Of a stretch of DNA of 64,000 nucleotides, positions 1-10,508 are shown piece after piece. The DNA is from Thermodesulfobacteriota bacterium (GTDB lineage: Bacteria > Desulfobacterota_D > UBA1144 > Nemesobacterales > UBA2774). Position 1 is the first letter of the stretch. Every line of letters starts with the position of its first letter. Location: the NCBI GenBank assembly GCA_965223335.1, contig OZ244991.1:480001-544000 (forward strand), in the 5' to 3' direction. The translations under genes and the position numbers were made by a program. The notes under the pieces were generated by a model that was not told where the DNA came from, did not search any database, and saw nothing but the letters and a program-made list of their open reading frames with translations.

Positions 1-279
1 AAGCGCATTTACAAAACTCTTTTTCAACCACTCCTCGGGGATTTTCATAAACTGTTCGTTATCGATTTTCTCGATCCCCTCAAAGTAATAGCCAAACAGT
101 ATGTCGAACCTGTCCAAATGGTATTCGTGTTTGATAAGCGCACTGCGGCAGAGGTAATAGAAATCATCCACGCGATACTCGACGACCTCGCGGTCAAGCG
201 CTTCAAGAAAAGTTAGATACTCCTTTATTGTTACCGGGATACCGTCGTTCTTAAGAAGTAGGAAAAAATCGAGAAACAT
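1..279 (-). CDS. VWA-domain/CoxE-like partner of MoxR ATPase (N-terminal part; runs off window start)
   Basis: Not in the ORF track. ATG at 279 reads MFLDFFLLLKNDGIPVTIKEYLTFLEALDREVVEYRVDDFYYLCRSALIKHEYHLDRFD..., open to position 1. It follows a MoxR ATPase and resembles the N-terminus of the VWA proteins usually paired with it. Confidence 0.75.
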   Translation of the reverse strand, partial: MFLDFFLLLKNDGIPVTIKEYLTFLEALDREVVEYRVDDFYYLCRSALIKHEYHLDRFDILFGYYFEGIEKIDNEQFMKIPEEWLKKSFVNAL

Positions 280-309
280 AATTGCCCCCCCAGACTAAAT
301 AAGGCCTAA

Positions 310-1146
310 CTAACGCCTAAACCGCATTCTGATACGAGCTAGCATATCGTGGTCCTGTTCGTTCTTGAGCAAGGCACCTGCAAATGGAGGCAGGGTCTCG
401 GTCAGGTCCAGGCTCTCTAACTCCTGCGCAGTAATCTCCCCCACCATTATGAGCTTTAGCCAGTCGATGAGCTCGCTTGTTGAGGGTTTCTTTTTTAGCC
501 CATCTACCTCGCGCAGCTCGTAAAACACATTAAGGGCGCTCTGTATGAGTTTGTTTTTGAGTTTGGGGTAGTGAACTTTCACTATTGCCGTGAGTGTATC
601 GCGGTCGGGGAAACTGATGTAATGAAAAAAGCATCTCCGCAAAAATGCGTCGGGCAGCTCTTTTTCGTTGTTAGATGTGATGATTATTATAGGGCGTATT
701 TTTGCCCTTACAGATTCCTTAAGTTCGTAGCAATAGAACTCCATTTTATCGAGCTCTAATAGCAGGTCGTTGGGGAACTCAATATCGGCCTTATCTATCT
801 CGTCGATAAGCAACACAACCTGTTTTGTCGATTCGAATGCCTCCCACAGCTTGCCTTTTTCAATGTAGTTGGCGATATCGCTTACACGTTCGTCTCCAAG
901 CTGCGAATCCCGCAGCCTGGAAACTGCGTCATACTCATAGAGTCCCTGCTGTGCTGTGGTAGAGGACTTAATGTGCCAGGTGATGATATCCTTGCCAAGT
1001 GCCTCCGCTACCTCAAAAGCAAGCATGGTTTTACCAGTCCCGGGCTCACCCTTGATCAAGAGTGGGCGTTCGAGTGTTATCGAGGCATTAACCGCAAGGT
1101 TAAGGTCCCTAGTAGATATATAATTTTCAGTTCCTTCAAATTTCAT
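310..1146 (-). CDS. MoxR-family AAA+ ATPase
   Basis: Walker A GEPGTGKT, Walker B LLIDEIDKAD, and TSNNEKELPDAFLRRC. Confidence 0.9.
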   Translation of the reverse strand: MKFEGTENYISTRDLNLAVNASITLERPLLIKGEPGTGKTMLAFEVAEALGKDIITWHIKSSTTAQQGLYEYDAVSRLRDSQLGDERVSDIANYIEKGKLWEAFESTKQVVLLIDEIDKADIEFPNDLLLELDKMEFYCYELKESVRAKIRPIIIITSNNEKELPDAFLRRCFFHYISFPDRDTLTAIVKVHYPKLKNKLIQSALNVFYELREVDGLKKKPSTSELIDWLKLIMVGEITAQELESLDLTETLPPFAGALLKNEQDHDMLARIRMRFRR

Positions 1147-1255
1147 GGTTTGCTCTTTCTACGGACTATACATGCCCATGTTAGACTGAAAATTATACTT
1201 TTGTTAATACTCCTTATCAAATTGAAGGCCCAACATGTAACAGAATTAACCGTTA

Positions 1256-3106
1256 TCAGACCGCAACTTTTTCAAGCAGCGCATAGACCCGGTCCACCAT
1301 CTTTCTGGGGTCTTCCAAAAAACCGGCTGCAATAAGCGTGTTATCGAATATCTGCTCAGACACAAGCTTTGCCAGGTCCCCGTCCTTTTCTATCAACACT
1401 CCCAGTGATTTTATCAAATCGTGTCGGGGGTTAAGCTCAAGGTCGATGGAGTTCTTCATACCGACTTCCTGCTTCATGGCCTTCATCATCCGTCTCATCG
1501 ACGGGGTAAGAGCCTTATCAGCGTTAAGCGCCAACGCCGGGCTATCCACCAGGCGTTTGCTCATGCGCACCTCATTTACCTCGTCTCCCAATGCCTCTTT
1601 TACAAACTCACACAGTTTGTCCGCATCCTCTTTCGCGATCGCGTCCTTTTCTGTACCGGCATCGACTTCGCTTGCCGTTATATCGGCATTATCTACTGAT
1701 ATCAACTCTTTATCGTCAAATTTCTGCAGACTTGTCATCACAAACTCGTCTACCGGCTCAAACATATATAGAACCTCAAGCCCCCGTGACTTAAAAGCCT
1801 CCATGTGCGGGCCGCTCTCTAGGGTTTCCCTGTTGGGAGCATATAGGTAATAGATGGCGTCCTGGTCCTCTTTCATCCGCGATACATAGTCCTCGAACTT
1901 AGTATAGGTGCCGGGCTCCGTAGCAGACGACTCGTAACGAAGGAGTTTTGAGAGCTGCTCGCGGTTCTTAAAGTCAGCAGCCACACCCTCTTTTACAAAA
2001 AGGCTGAACTCGTTATAGAACTTTTCGTATTTCTCATTGTCCTTATTGGATGCTTCCTCAATAAACTTTATAAACCGCCCGGTTATTACCTGCCCTATCT
2101 TTCCAGCCAGCACGCTGTCCTGCATGGTCTCGCGCGAGATATTTAGCGGGAGGTCGGCACTGTCCACCACACCCTTTAGGAACCGCAGCCAGTCGGGCAA
2201 AAGCCCCTTTGGGCTCTCGTCAATAAGTATTTTTTTGCAATATAGGCTCACACCCGGGTCCAGTTTGCCGAACCCGAATTTCTCGGGGTTATGCTCGGGG
2301 ACAAAAAGCAGAGCGTTTATATCCAGCGGGGCATCAGAGCTAAAGTGCAGAGTATACGAGGGGTCGTCGAATGCGTTGGACTGGAACTTGTAAAACTCCT
2401 TGTACTCATCTTCTGCAACCTCATTTTTATTCCTCATCCAGATAGCCTGGACGTTATTAATCTGCTCCGCGTTTAGCTTTATCGGGAATTGTACAAAGCT
2501 TGAGTATTGTGTCAGCACTTGTTTTACACGTTCCGAGTTTGAAAATTCCTTGAGTTCGTCTTTTAGGTGCACTACTATCCTTGTACCCCTTCTAGCTCCC
2601 TTTGTGGTCTCTATCTCGTATGTGCCCGAACCATCACTCTTCCATAACAGGCTCTTTGCGGTCTTTTTCCAGTTATGCGTATAGACCTCTACACGATCGG
2701 CAACCATAAACACGCTGTAAAACCCTACACCGAACTGGCCAATCAGATTCTCGCTTACCTCGGCCCCTTGCTTCACGGCATTTAGGAACACCTTTGAGCC
2801 CGAATGTGCTATGGTGCCTAGGTTCTCTACGAGTTCATCACGTGTCATACCTATTCCGTGATCCTCAATTGTGATGGTGTTATCTTCCTCATTGGTAAGG
2901 ATGCTTATCTCAAGAGGCAACTCTTCGTCGTATATATCCGTTTCGGTCTGCTGCAGATAACGTAGCTTCTCCAATGCATCGGATGCGTTTGATACGAGCT
3001 CTCGAATAAATACCTCTTTATCTGTATAGAGAGAGTTGATTACAATATCCAGTACCTGCTTAACCTCAGCCTGGAATTCGTGTTTTTTAGATGATTTTTC
3101 CGCCAT
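1256..3106 (-). CDS. htpG: Chaperone HtpG (Hsp90)
   Basis: FQAEVKQVLDIVINSLY, FIRELVSNASDA, IGQFGVGFYS, DLPLNISRE; 616 aa; AGGAGGAG upstream. Confidence 0.97.
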   Translation of the reverse strand: MAEKSSKKHEFQAEVKQVLDIVINSLYTDKEVFIRELVSNASDALEKLRYLQQTETDIYDEELPLEISILTNEEDNTITIEDHGIGMTRDELVENLGTIAHSGSKVFLNAVKQGAEVSENLIGQFGVGFYSVFMVADRVEVYTHNWKKTAKSLLWKSDGSGTYEIETTKGARRGTRIVVHLKDELKEFSNSERVKQVLTQYSSFVQFPIKLNAEQINNVQAIWMRNKNEVAEDEYKEFYKFQSNAFDDPSYTLHFSSDAPLDINALLFVPEHNPEKFGFGKLDPGVSLYCKKILIDESPKGLLPDWLRFLKGVVDSADLPLNISRETMQDSVLAGKIGQVITGRFIKFIEEASNKDNEKYEKFYNEFSLFVKEGVAADFKNREQLSKLLRYESSATEPGTYTKFEDYVSRMKEDQDAIYYLYAPNRETLESGPHMEAFKSRGLEVLYMFEPVDEFVMTSLQKFDDKELISVDNADITASEVDAGTEKDAIAKEDADKLCEFVKEALGDEVNEVRMSKRLVDSPALALNADKALTPSMRRMMKAMKQEVGMKNSIDLELNPRHDLIKSLGVLIEKDGDLAKLVSEQIFDNTLIAAGFLEDPRKMVDRVYALLEKVAV

Positions 3107-3236
3107 CTTTACTGGTACTCCTCCTGTGCTGTTTCATGTTAATAGTATAAGAATGGTTTATTAGAAAATATTCATTTGCAAGAAATTTTCAAGGGGCGAC
3201 AGTGCCTTAAGCTAATACAATCGGGGTCTGAGCTGC

Positions 3237-3944
3237 CTATATACTACCCTCCAGATAGGCCTTACGCTTCGGCTCGGGGAACCTTTCTATTGCATACCTT
3301 AGCATCGTACGCGGCATCGTCTTATAATGCTTTTTCAGAAATGCTTCTTCGCTCGATAGATCACGCTTTCCTACCTCGCGTAGCATCCACCCAACGGCTT
3401 TTTGAATCAAATCTTCTTTATCCTCTACCAACATCCGGGCAATTTGAAGCGTCTCATCGAACATACCTTTCTTAATGTAATGATACGTGGCCATGATAGA
3501 GACTCTCCTCTCCCAGAGCTCCTTAGACCTCGCAAGTTCATAGAGGAGTTTTTTGTCACCCCCCAAGATATATGCCCCCACAATGTGCTCCGCCGAGCAG
3601 TCAACGAGATCCCAATTGTTGACATGCTCAATGTTGTCTAAATACAGATTGAATATGCGTTTTCGAGCGGTACTATCCGATGCCTTGTACATTAGTACTA
3701 GTATAAATAAGGCCAATTGTCTTTCTTCGTGGATTTGAGAGCCGAGCAGTAAAAGCACGGTATTTAAATCTGCGTCCTTATATTTCCGAGAGAGTTTCCT
3801 TAACACTGGGACTTTGACACCAATAAACCTATCGCCCTCCCCATACTCGCCGGGGCCTGTTTTGAAAAACCGTCTGGACACCCGTGCCCTGTTTTCGTCC
3901 GCAGAATTACTTAACTCGGCACGGATCTCGTCTACCAGCTTCAT
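3237..3944 (-). CDS. DNA alkylation repair protein (AlkD-like HEAT-repeat glycosylase family)
   Basis: FFKTGPGEYGEGD, NNWDLVD, WERR, IQKAVGWMLREVGK, MPRTMLRYAIE are typical of this family. Confidence 0.85.
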   Translation of the reverse strand: MKLVDEIRAELSNSADENRARVSRRFFKTGPGEYGEGDRFIGVKVPVLRKLSRKYKDADLNTVLLLLGSQIHEERQLALFILVLMYKASDSTARKRIFNLYLDNIEHVNNWDLVDCSAEHIVGAYILGGDKKLLYELARSKELWERRVSIMATYHYIKKGMFDETLQIARMLVEDKEDLIQKAVGWMLREVGKRDLSSEEAFLKKHYKTMPRTMLRYAIERFPEPKRKAYLEGSI

Positions 3945-3949
3945 AGCTC

Positions 3950-4882
3950 TTAGGTATTGGGTGGTGAAACCAGTGCTTTAGCCATTGGTTCCGATTCGAT
4001 ATATATGCGCTTTATCTGAGAGAAACGGGATTTTATCTCTTTATCGATCTGTCCGATCACCGATTCCACTCTCGCTGCCGTGACGCTGTCTCTAAAATCT
4101 ATACTCATATTGACCAGGATGAAATCCGGGCCCATATGCAGAGTGAGGACCTCGTTTACATGCTCGACCTCTTCATAATCCCCTATGATGTCTCGTATCC
4201 CAATTACGATTGACTCGTTTGCACTCTCGCCTATCAATAGCCCCTTTGTCTCATACGCTAGCCATATTGCGGTGCCGGCAAGTATGAGTCCGATCACCAC
4301 AGACGCGGCTCCGTCAAAATAGGGAATACCTGTAACCTCTCCCAAGAAAATCCCCAAGAACGCCACCACCAGACCAAGCATAGCGGCGGAATCCTCAAAG
4401 AGCACAACAAATATCGATGGGTCTTTGGCCCTGCTCACCGCAGTCAGATAATCCCACTTGCCTTTTGCCTTTGTGAACTCTTTGAATGCGAAGTACCATG
4501 CCGCACCTTCAAAAACCAAAGCAAACCCGATTACTATGTAATTGATGTGCGGGCTCTCAACCGGGCGAGGGTGCATAAGGTGGCTTATTCCCTCGTATAT
4601 CGAAATACCCGCACCCAGTGCAAAAATGAGTATCGCTACAATAAAACTCCAGAAATATATCTCTTTTCCGTACCCGAACGGGAATTTCGAATCGGCGGGC
4701 TTCTTAGACCGGTTAATACCGTGGAGCATAAGTACCTGGTTGCCCGTATCCACCACCGAGTGTATACCCTCGGACAGCATCGCCGAGCTACCCGTGATAG
4801 CAGCGGCTATAAATTTGGTGATAGATATAAGACCGTTGCCGATCAGTGCCGCATAGATAACCTTTTTAGAAGAAGACGCCAT
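3950..4882 (-). CDS. Cation diffusion facilitator (CDF) family transporter
   Basis: About 6 hydrophobic helices; SSAMLSEGIHSVVD, FPFGYGKE, LFEDSAA; C-terminal cytosolic domain. Stop lies 5 nt before the alkD-like start. Confidence 0.88.
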   Translation of the reverse strand: MASSSKKVIYAALIGNGLISITKFIAAAITGSSAMLSEGIHSVVDTGNQVLMLHGINRSKKPADSKFPFGYGKEIYFWSFIVAILIFALGAGISIYEGISHLMHPRPVESPHINYIVIGFALVFEGAAWYFAFKEFTKAKGKWDYLTAVSRAKDPSIFVVLFEDSAAMLGLVVAFLGIFLGEVTGIPYFDGAASVVIGLILAGTAIWLAYETKGLLIGESANESIVIGIRDIIGDYEEVEHVNEVLTLHMGPDFILVNMSIDFRDSVTAARVESVIGQIDKEIKSRFSQIKRIYIESEPMAKALVSPPNT

Positions 4883-5046
4883 AGCTTCGAGTGTGTGGGA
4901 TCAATATGTCAGAAGTAAAGATTATTCATAAAACATCATGGAACAATCTAACAATAATGGCTGAATTATCAAGACGTATTCATAACTTTTATTATAAATC
5001 ATACTAAATAATGTATAATTCCCCTTTAGCCGCAAGTAGAGCTGAT

Positions 5047-6447
5047 ATGAAAAAGTCCAGGTCACAAACTGTTTTCGTATGCCAGAGCTGTGGCAGTATG
5101 TCGCCTAAATGGCTGGGTAAATGCCCCGACTGTTCGAGTTGGAACAGCTACGTTGAAGAGACGACTGCGCCTGGGGTAAAAGCCCAGAAACTAACACCCT
5201 CCCAAAACCCTGTAAAAATCCGTGAGATCGAGAGCAAACAAGAGACACGAATCCTAACAAAGAACACAGAGCTTGACAGGGTACTCGGAGGAGGGCTCGT
5301 GCCCGGCTCCGTAGTGCTTGTGGGCGGTGACCCGGGTATTGGCAAATCAACACTGGCTCTAGAGATGCTGAACAAAATAGGCAAGCATTCTAAACCATCT
5401 AAAAGTAAGCAAGCGAACCGCTCCGAAGAGTTGCTGTACGTTACGGGAGAAGAATCCCCCGAGCAGGTAAAACTGAGAGCCGAGAGGATAGGTGTGGACT
5501 CGGACTCACTCTATGTACTTGCCGAGACCTCTGTGGAAAACATAATTGCTCACGCGGCCGCTATGAACCCTGCCATCATAGTAGTGGACTCGGTCCAGAC
5601 CGTCTTTACCAACGTGCTCTCCTCTGCGCCGGGCAGCGTGGGTCAGATCCGTGAGTGCGCCTCGAATTTAATGCAGTTGGCCAAAACCACAGGCACCGGC
5701 GTGTTTCTTGTCGGGCACGTCACCAAAGACGGGGCCATTGCCGGACCCAAGGTGCTCGAGCACCTGGTCGACACGGTACTATACTTCGAGGGCGGGAAAG
5801 ACCACCCTTACAGGATACTAAGGGCTGTAAAAAACCGGTTCGGCTCAACAAACGAGATCGGTGTGTTTGAGATGTTAGACAGCGGTCTTGAGGAGGTTAA
5901 AAACCCCTCCGAGATATTTTTGTCCGAACGGCCCGACAATACCTCGGGCTCAGTCGTTACACCCAGCATCGAGGGCACACGTCCTATTTTTGTGGAGCTG
6001 CAGGCCTTGGTTTCCCCATCCTCATACGGGGTGCCCCGACGCACCACAATCGGTATAGATCCAAACCGCGTGTCTCTGCTCCTCGCAGTGCTCGAGAAAC
6101 GAGCAGGGCTCCAGATCCTCGGTCAAGACGTTTTTATGAACGTAGCGGGCGGGGTAAAAATCGAAGAACCCGCAATTGATCTCGCAATGTGCGTTGCTCT
6201 GGTATCGACCTTTCTCAACAAAACCGTGGAACCTGACATGGTGGTGTTTGGCGAGGTTGGGCTTGCAGGTGAGGTAAGGGGAGTGTCACATGCCCAACTA
6301 CGATTAAAAGAGGCCGAGAAGCTTGGGTTCAAGAAAGCCCTTTTACCAAAAATAGAATTGGAGAGATCGGCTTCAAAGAAAAGCTCAATCGAACTATTAG
6401 GTGTTAGCTCTATAGAGGATGCAATCGAATTGTTCTCTCGATCATAA
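5047..6447 (+). CDS. radA: DNA repair protein RadA/Sms
   Basis: CxxC-x10-CxxC zinc finger, GDPGIGKS, KNRFG motif, Lon-like C-terminus. Start taken at the internal ATG (MKKSRS) instead of 5011. Confidence 0.95.
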   Translation: MKKSRSQTVFVCQSCGSMSPKWLGKCPDCSSWNSYVEETTAPGVKAQKLTPSQNPVKIREIESKQETRILTKNTELDRVLGGGLVPGSVVLVGGDPGIGKSTLALEMLNKIGKHSKPSKSKQANRSEELLYVTGEESPEQVKLRAERIGVDSDSLYVLAETSVENIIAHAAAMNPAIIVVDSVQTVFTNVLSSAPGSVGQIRECASNLMQLAKTTGTGVFLVGHVTKDGAIAGPKVLEHLVDTVLYFEGGKDHPYRILRAVKNRFGSTNEIGVFEMLDSGLEEVKNPSEIFLSERPDNTSGSVVTPSIEGTRPIFVELQALVSPSSYGVPRRTTIGIDPNRVSLLLAVLEKRAGLQILGQDVFMNVAGGVKIEEPAIDLAMCVALVSTFLNKTVEPDMVVFGEVGLAGEVRGVSHAQLRLKEAEKLGFKKALLPKIELERSASKKSSIELLGVSSIEDAIELFSRS

Positions 6448-6469
6448 ATAAGAATCAAAAAGGTGAATT

Positions 6470-7294
6470 ATGGATGATATGAATTCTAAAAACCGCCCGA
6501 TCGGGATCTTTGATTCCGGGATAGGCGGACTTACCGTAGCAAAGGAGATACACAAAAGACTTCCCAATGAAAACATCATCTACTTGGGTGATACGGCGCG
6601 TGTGCCATACGGTAACAAATCCCCCCGGACCGTAATTGCATACTCTAAAAGTAATGCAAGGTTTCTAATACAAAACAACATCAAACTGCTTGTAGTCGCT
6701 TGCAACACCGCAAGTGCATCCGCAATCCCCACACTTAGAGACGAGTTAAGCATCCCCGTAATAGGAGTGATAGAACCAGGGGCATCGAAAGCGGCGAGCC
6801 TGACAAACACAAAGAAGATAGGTGTCATCGGCACACCCTCTACAATCAGAAGCAACGCTTACAAAGTAGCGATTGAAAAAATCGACCCGGGAATAGATGT
6901 AGTGTCAAAACCCTGTCCTCTCTTTGTACCGCTTGCCGATGAAGGGTGGACGGAGGGTGAGGTTACGGAGCTAATAGCTAGGGAGTATCTAGGGTCTTTT
7001 GACGACACCGATATCGATGTGCTTGTGCTCGGGTGCACACACTACCCACTCTTAAAACCGATTATTCAAAAAGTAATTGGGACCGATATAAGGTTGGTCG
7101 ACTCGGCCGAGGAAACATCCGAGGCCGTTGCCAATGCACTGCATATACACAATATCCAGTGCTCAGAGAACAAAAAACCAGAGAGACAGTACTATCTGAC
7201 TGACGTCTCCGACTCATTTATATCCGTAGCCCAGAGGTTCCTGGGACAAGAGATAAACCATGTAGAGATGGTCGATATTGTAGACGTAACTTGA
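6470..7294 (+). CDS. murI: Glutamate racemase
   Basis: IGIFDSGIGG, PYGNK, VACNTAS, LGCTHY (both catalytic Cys). Confidence 0.96.
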   Translation: MDDMNSKNRPIGIFDSGIGGLTVAKEIHKRLPNENIIYLGDTARVPYGNKSPRTVIAYSKSNARFLIQNNIKLLVVACNTASASAIPTLRDELSIPVIGVIEPGASKAASLTNTKKIGVIGTPSTIRSNAYKVAIEKIDPGIDVVSKPCPLFVPLADEGWTEGEVTELIAREYLGSFDDTDIDVLVLGCTHYPLLKPIIQKVIGTDIRLVDSAEETSEAVANALHIHNIQCSENKKPERQYYLTDVSDSFISVAQRFLGQEINHVEMVDIVDVT

Positions 7295-7319
7295 GTGGCG
7301 AGCAGCTCGGTCTACTCTA

Positions 7320-8315
7320 CTACCCCTCTGATACCAGTGTCTTTACCTTGTCAGTAAACGGAGGGAGCACATCGAACAGGTCTCCTACAACCCCGTAGTC
7401 ACACTTTTGGAATATAGGCGCATCGGGGTCTTTGTTTATAGCCACGATAATTTTAGAAGAGCCCATACCCGCGAAGTGTTGTACAGATCCCGAAATCGCA
7501 ATAGCTATATATAGGTTGGGCGATACGGCCTTACCGGTCTGTCCGACCTGCATATCATAGGGGCAGTACCCAGCGTCAACAGCGGCACGCGTAGCCCCCA
7601 CCGCAGCACCTAGAATATCGGCAAGGTCATATACGTATTTGAAGTTTTCTTCGCTTGCAAGCCCTCGTCCACCCGACACGACCCTTTCGGCCTCTGTTAG
7701 TTCCGGCCTGTCGGACTCCTTAGTCTGGAGCTCTATGACCTTGGTCTTGATATCGCCTGGACTAATATCTATCGCTTCGTTAATGACTTCCGGTTGTTTA
7801 GGGTCTTCCTCGGCCTTAAATGAGTTGGGCCTTACAGTGGACATCATGGGAGTGTGGTCGTGGAAAACCTGAGTAGGGATTGCTTTACTCGAATGTGAGT
7901 AGCGCTCGATTTTTAGTTTTTTATCGTCGGTGAGTGATATCTCCACCGCATCCATTGTTACACCTGCTCCCACGCGCGCTGCTACGCGGGGGAAATAATC
8001 CTGTCCAAACACCGTGTTACCTGCGAGAACTACAGCAGGGTTATATTTTTTTATAAGTTCGGCAAGTGCTATCGTGTATCCCTCGGTGTTAAAGTCTTTA
8101 AACATTTCGCTGTCTACTACATATACCTTTGCGGCTCCGTACTTACCGAGTTCCTCGGTATGACCCCCTACCCCGGAGCCAATCAATACAGCACAGAGCT
8201 CCCCGCCTATTCCCGCGGCAATCTTGTTTTTAGCCTCCGTAAGCGCCTCGAATGTTACTTTTCTAATACTCCCGTCCAGTTTTAAATCAGCTACTACCCA
8301 AACTTCGTTACTCAT
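7320..8315 (-). CDS. etfA: Electron transfer flavoprotein alpha subunit
   Basis: [35 protein letters not shown]. Confidence 0.95.
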   Translation of the reverse strand: MSNEVWVVADLKLDGSIRKVTFEALTEAKNKIAAGIGGELCAVLIGSGVGGHTEELGKYGAAKVYVVDSEMFKDFNTEGYTIALAELIKKYNPAVVLAGNTVFGQDYFPRVAARVGAGVTMDAVEISLTDDKKLKIERYSHSSKAIPTQVFHDHTPMMSTVRPNSFKAEEDPKQPEVINEAIDISPGDIKTKVIELQTKESDRPELTEAERVVSGGRGLASEENFKYVYDLADILGAAVGATRAAVDAGYCPYDMQVGQTGKAVSPNLYIAIAISGSVQHFAGMGSSKIIVAINKDPDAPIFQKCDYGVVGDLFDVLPPFTDKVKTLVSEG

Positions 8316-8346
8316 TTTAGCCCTCCTAGAATATTCCGATTGACTG

Positions 8347-9186
8347 TTATATGACCTTGGCTTCCTCTCTAAGCAGCTTCACCAGCTCCTCGGCCGATTG
8401 CGCAATCTCTTCTCCCCTGACCATCGGTTCATCGTTACCCTTGATTATATGGAGTTTCCTCTCAATCTCGGGCACCTTAATCGCAACTGTGTTGACACGT
8501 GCACCGTTTTTCCCAAGCGCACCGTCACTTAATCCGATTTCTGCCAAATTAATGTCCCCCACACCTACTTCAGTAACAGGTTTCTTCTTTGCTTTCATAA
8601 TCCCCGGAAGCGATGCATACCTGGGTTCGTTCATGGCGTCTGGGCATGTAATAAGTGCTGGGAGCGAAACCTCAACCACCATATGCCCTCCATCGATCTC
8701 TTTTTGGCAGACCGCTTTTTTCTCATCCGGGTTGATCTCCATAACCTTACTTACGAGCGATACGTGGGGTATGCCCAATTCCTCAGCGACTTGTATCCCC
8801 ACCTGGCCGCTCTCTTCATCAATGATCTTCATCCCTGTAAAAATAATATCGATCTCGCCAAGCTTTTTTATCTCTCCGGCAAGCACCTTGGCTATAGCAA
8901 ACGAGTCACTCTCTGCAAATACATCGTCGTTTATATGCACTGCGTTATCTGCACCCATGGCAAGGCCCTGGCGGATAGACTCGATAACCCTTGCGGGTCC
9001 TACCGATATAATGGTCACTTCACCGCCATGTTTTTCCTTGGTCTGTATCGCCTCTTCCACTGCAAACTCATCATAGGGGTTCATTATCCATTTGATACCT
9101 TCCGTATCTACGGAATCTCCGCTGGAAGACACCTTTATCTTTGCCTCTGTGTCTTGGGTCTGACTTAAAATTACAAGTATTTTCAC
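8347..9186 (-). CDS. etfB: Electron transfer flavoprotein beta subunit
   Basis: NPYDEFAVEEA, LAMGAD, NEPRYASLPGIMKAKKK; GTG start after GGAGGTG. Confidence 0.95.
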   Translation of the reverse strand: MKILVILSQTQDTEAKIKVSSSGDSVDTEGIKWIMNPYDEFAVEEAIQTKEKHGGEVTIISVGPARVIESIRQGLAMGADNAVHINDDVFAESDSFAIAKVLAGEIKKLGEIDIIFTGMKIIDEESGQVGIQVAEELGIPHVSLVSKVMEINPDEKKAVCQKEIDGGHMVVEVSLPALITCPDAMNEPRYASLPGIMKAKKKPVTEVGVGDINLAEIGLSDGALGKNGARVNTVAIKVPEIERKLHIIKGNDEPMVRGEEIAQSAEELVKLLREEAKVI

Positions 9187-9328
9187 GTTGGAAACACCTC
9201 CAAATAGCTCAGTGTATGTACCGGAACTCCCATCCCGCCTCAGTACACCTATGCACTGAAATTACCCATTTATATATGGCAACCAGGAAAAGAAAAATCG
9301 GCTCTATTGATTGACAAATGGGCAGTAA

Positions 9329-9356
9329 ATTATAAATATTGCATTATCCTTGTCAA
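9329..9356 (-). promoter_or_regulatory. Sigma-70-type promoter for etfBA
   Basis: Minus strand TTGACA-16 nt-TATAAT, both hexamers perfect, about 140 nt upstream of etfB. Confidence 0.65.
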
Positions 9357-9492
9357 GCTGTTTAAGAATGCGTAGGATTAGCAGGTCATGTTTTAAGTAA
9401 AAAAGCATGCTAAGCGTTAAAGCTCTCGCTTGTTTACTGCATTAAATTCCTAGAGATCGCGTACGAATTCTTTAAGCATTCCAACAGGGAAG

Positions 9493-10359
9493 ATGAACCA
9501 AAACCATATCAATATTTCACTGCTTACATTCACCGTAATCACATGGGGATACACATGGGTACTTATGAAAATAGGTCTAAACTACATGGAGCCTTTTACC
9601 CTTGCGACTCTTCGCTGCTCCGTAGCGGGTCTCGCTATGATTGCATACCTCGAGTTTCGCAAAATCCCTCGCCCCAAACTCTCTATGCTCCCCGATTACG
9701 CAGCCGTTGGGTTCTTCCAAACCGTGGCTATGTTCGGTCTATTGCTCTACGGCATGAAATATGTTACCGCTGGGAAAACCTCGGTGCTCCTATACACAAT
9801 GCCCATATGGACTAGCCTCATCGTGCACTTCTACCTAAAAGAGCGGCTCGAGTTGCACCGATGGATCGGTGTGGCGCTTGGCACACTGGGAATAATTTTC
9901 ATTCTCGGGCGCGATGTAATGGTACATTGGGAGACCAATGTACTCACTGGTGAATTCTTGATAATAATAGCCTCTGTGTCATGGGCTGTGTCCAATATCT
10001 GGGTTAAGAGACGTATGGGTGCAGAGGATGTCTATATGGTAAACGGCATTCAGCTTGTGATCGGAGCATTTGGGTTAGCGCTTCTAGCCATAAGCATAGA
10101 GGATGTGATGCATATTATATGGACCCCCTACACCCTATATATCATCTTATTCACCGGGCTTGTGTCATCGGCCGTGAATTTCACCATCTGGTTTTACCTG
10201 ATTAAGAACATGGACATACATATAACCACACACTCCTCCATGTTGGTACCCGTGTTCGGGCTACTGTTTGACTGGCTTATTCTAGGCACAAAACTCGATA
10301 TAGGAGTGATAATCGGCGGGGTCTTGATCATTGCCGGTATCTACAAGATATCGAAGTAA
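9493..10359 (+). CDS. DMT/EamA family transporter
   Basis: 288 aa, about 10 hydrophobic helices in two EamA-like halves (TWG...R, LLYTMPIW, LKER). Confidence 0.88.
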   Translation: MNQNHINISLLTFTVITWGYTWVLMKIGLNYMEPFTLATLRCSVAGLAMIAYLEFRKIPRPKLSMLPDYAAVGFFQTVAMFGLLLYGMKYVTAGKTSVLLYTMPIWTSLIVHFYLKERLELHRWIGVALGTLGIIFILGRDVMVHWETNVLTGEFLIIIASVSWAVSNIWVKRRMGAEDVYMVNGIQLVIGAFGLALLAISIEDVMHIIWTPYTLYIILFTGLVSSAVNFTIWFYLIKNMDIHITTHSSMLVPVFGLLFDWLILGTKLDIGVIIGGVLIIAGIYKISK

Positions 10360-10508
10360 ATCAGCTTATGATCACAATATCTTGATGTTTACAAATAAAT
10401 ATAAATTCCGGATCCTTAAGGTATAATACTCACATTGTTTGGTGTATTCCCCAGTCTTTTAGAATATTACGTGTTCATGCGTAACTCTGTAACAGCTATT
10501 ATCACTCT

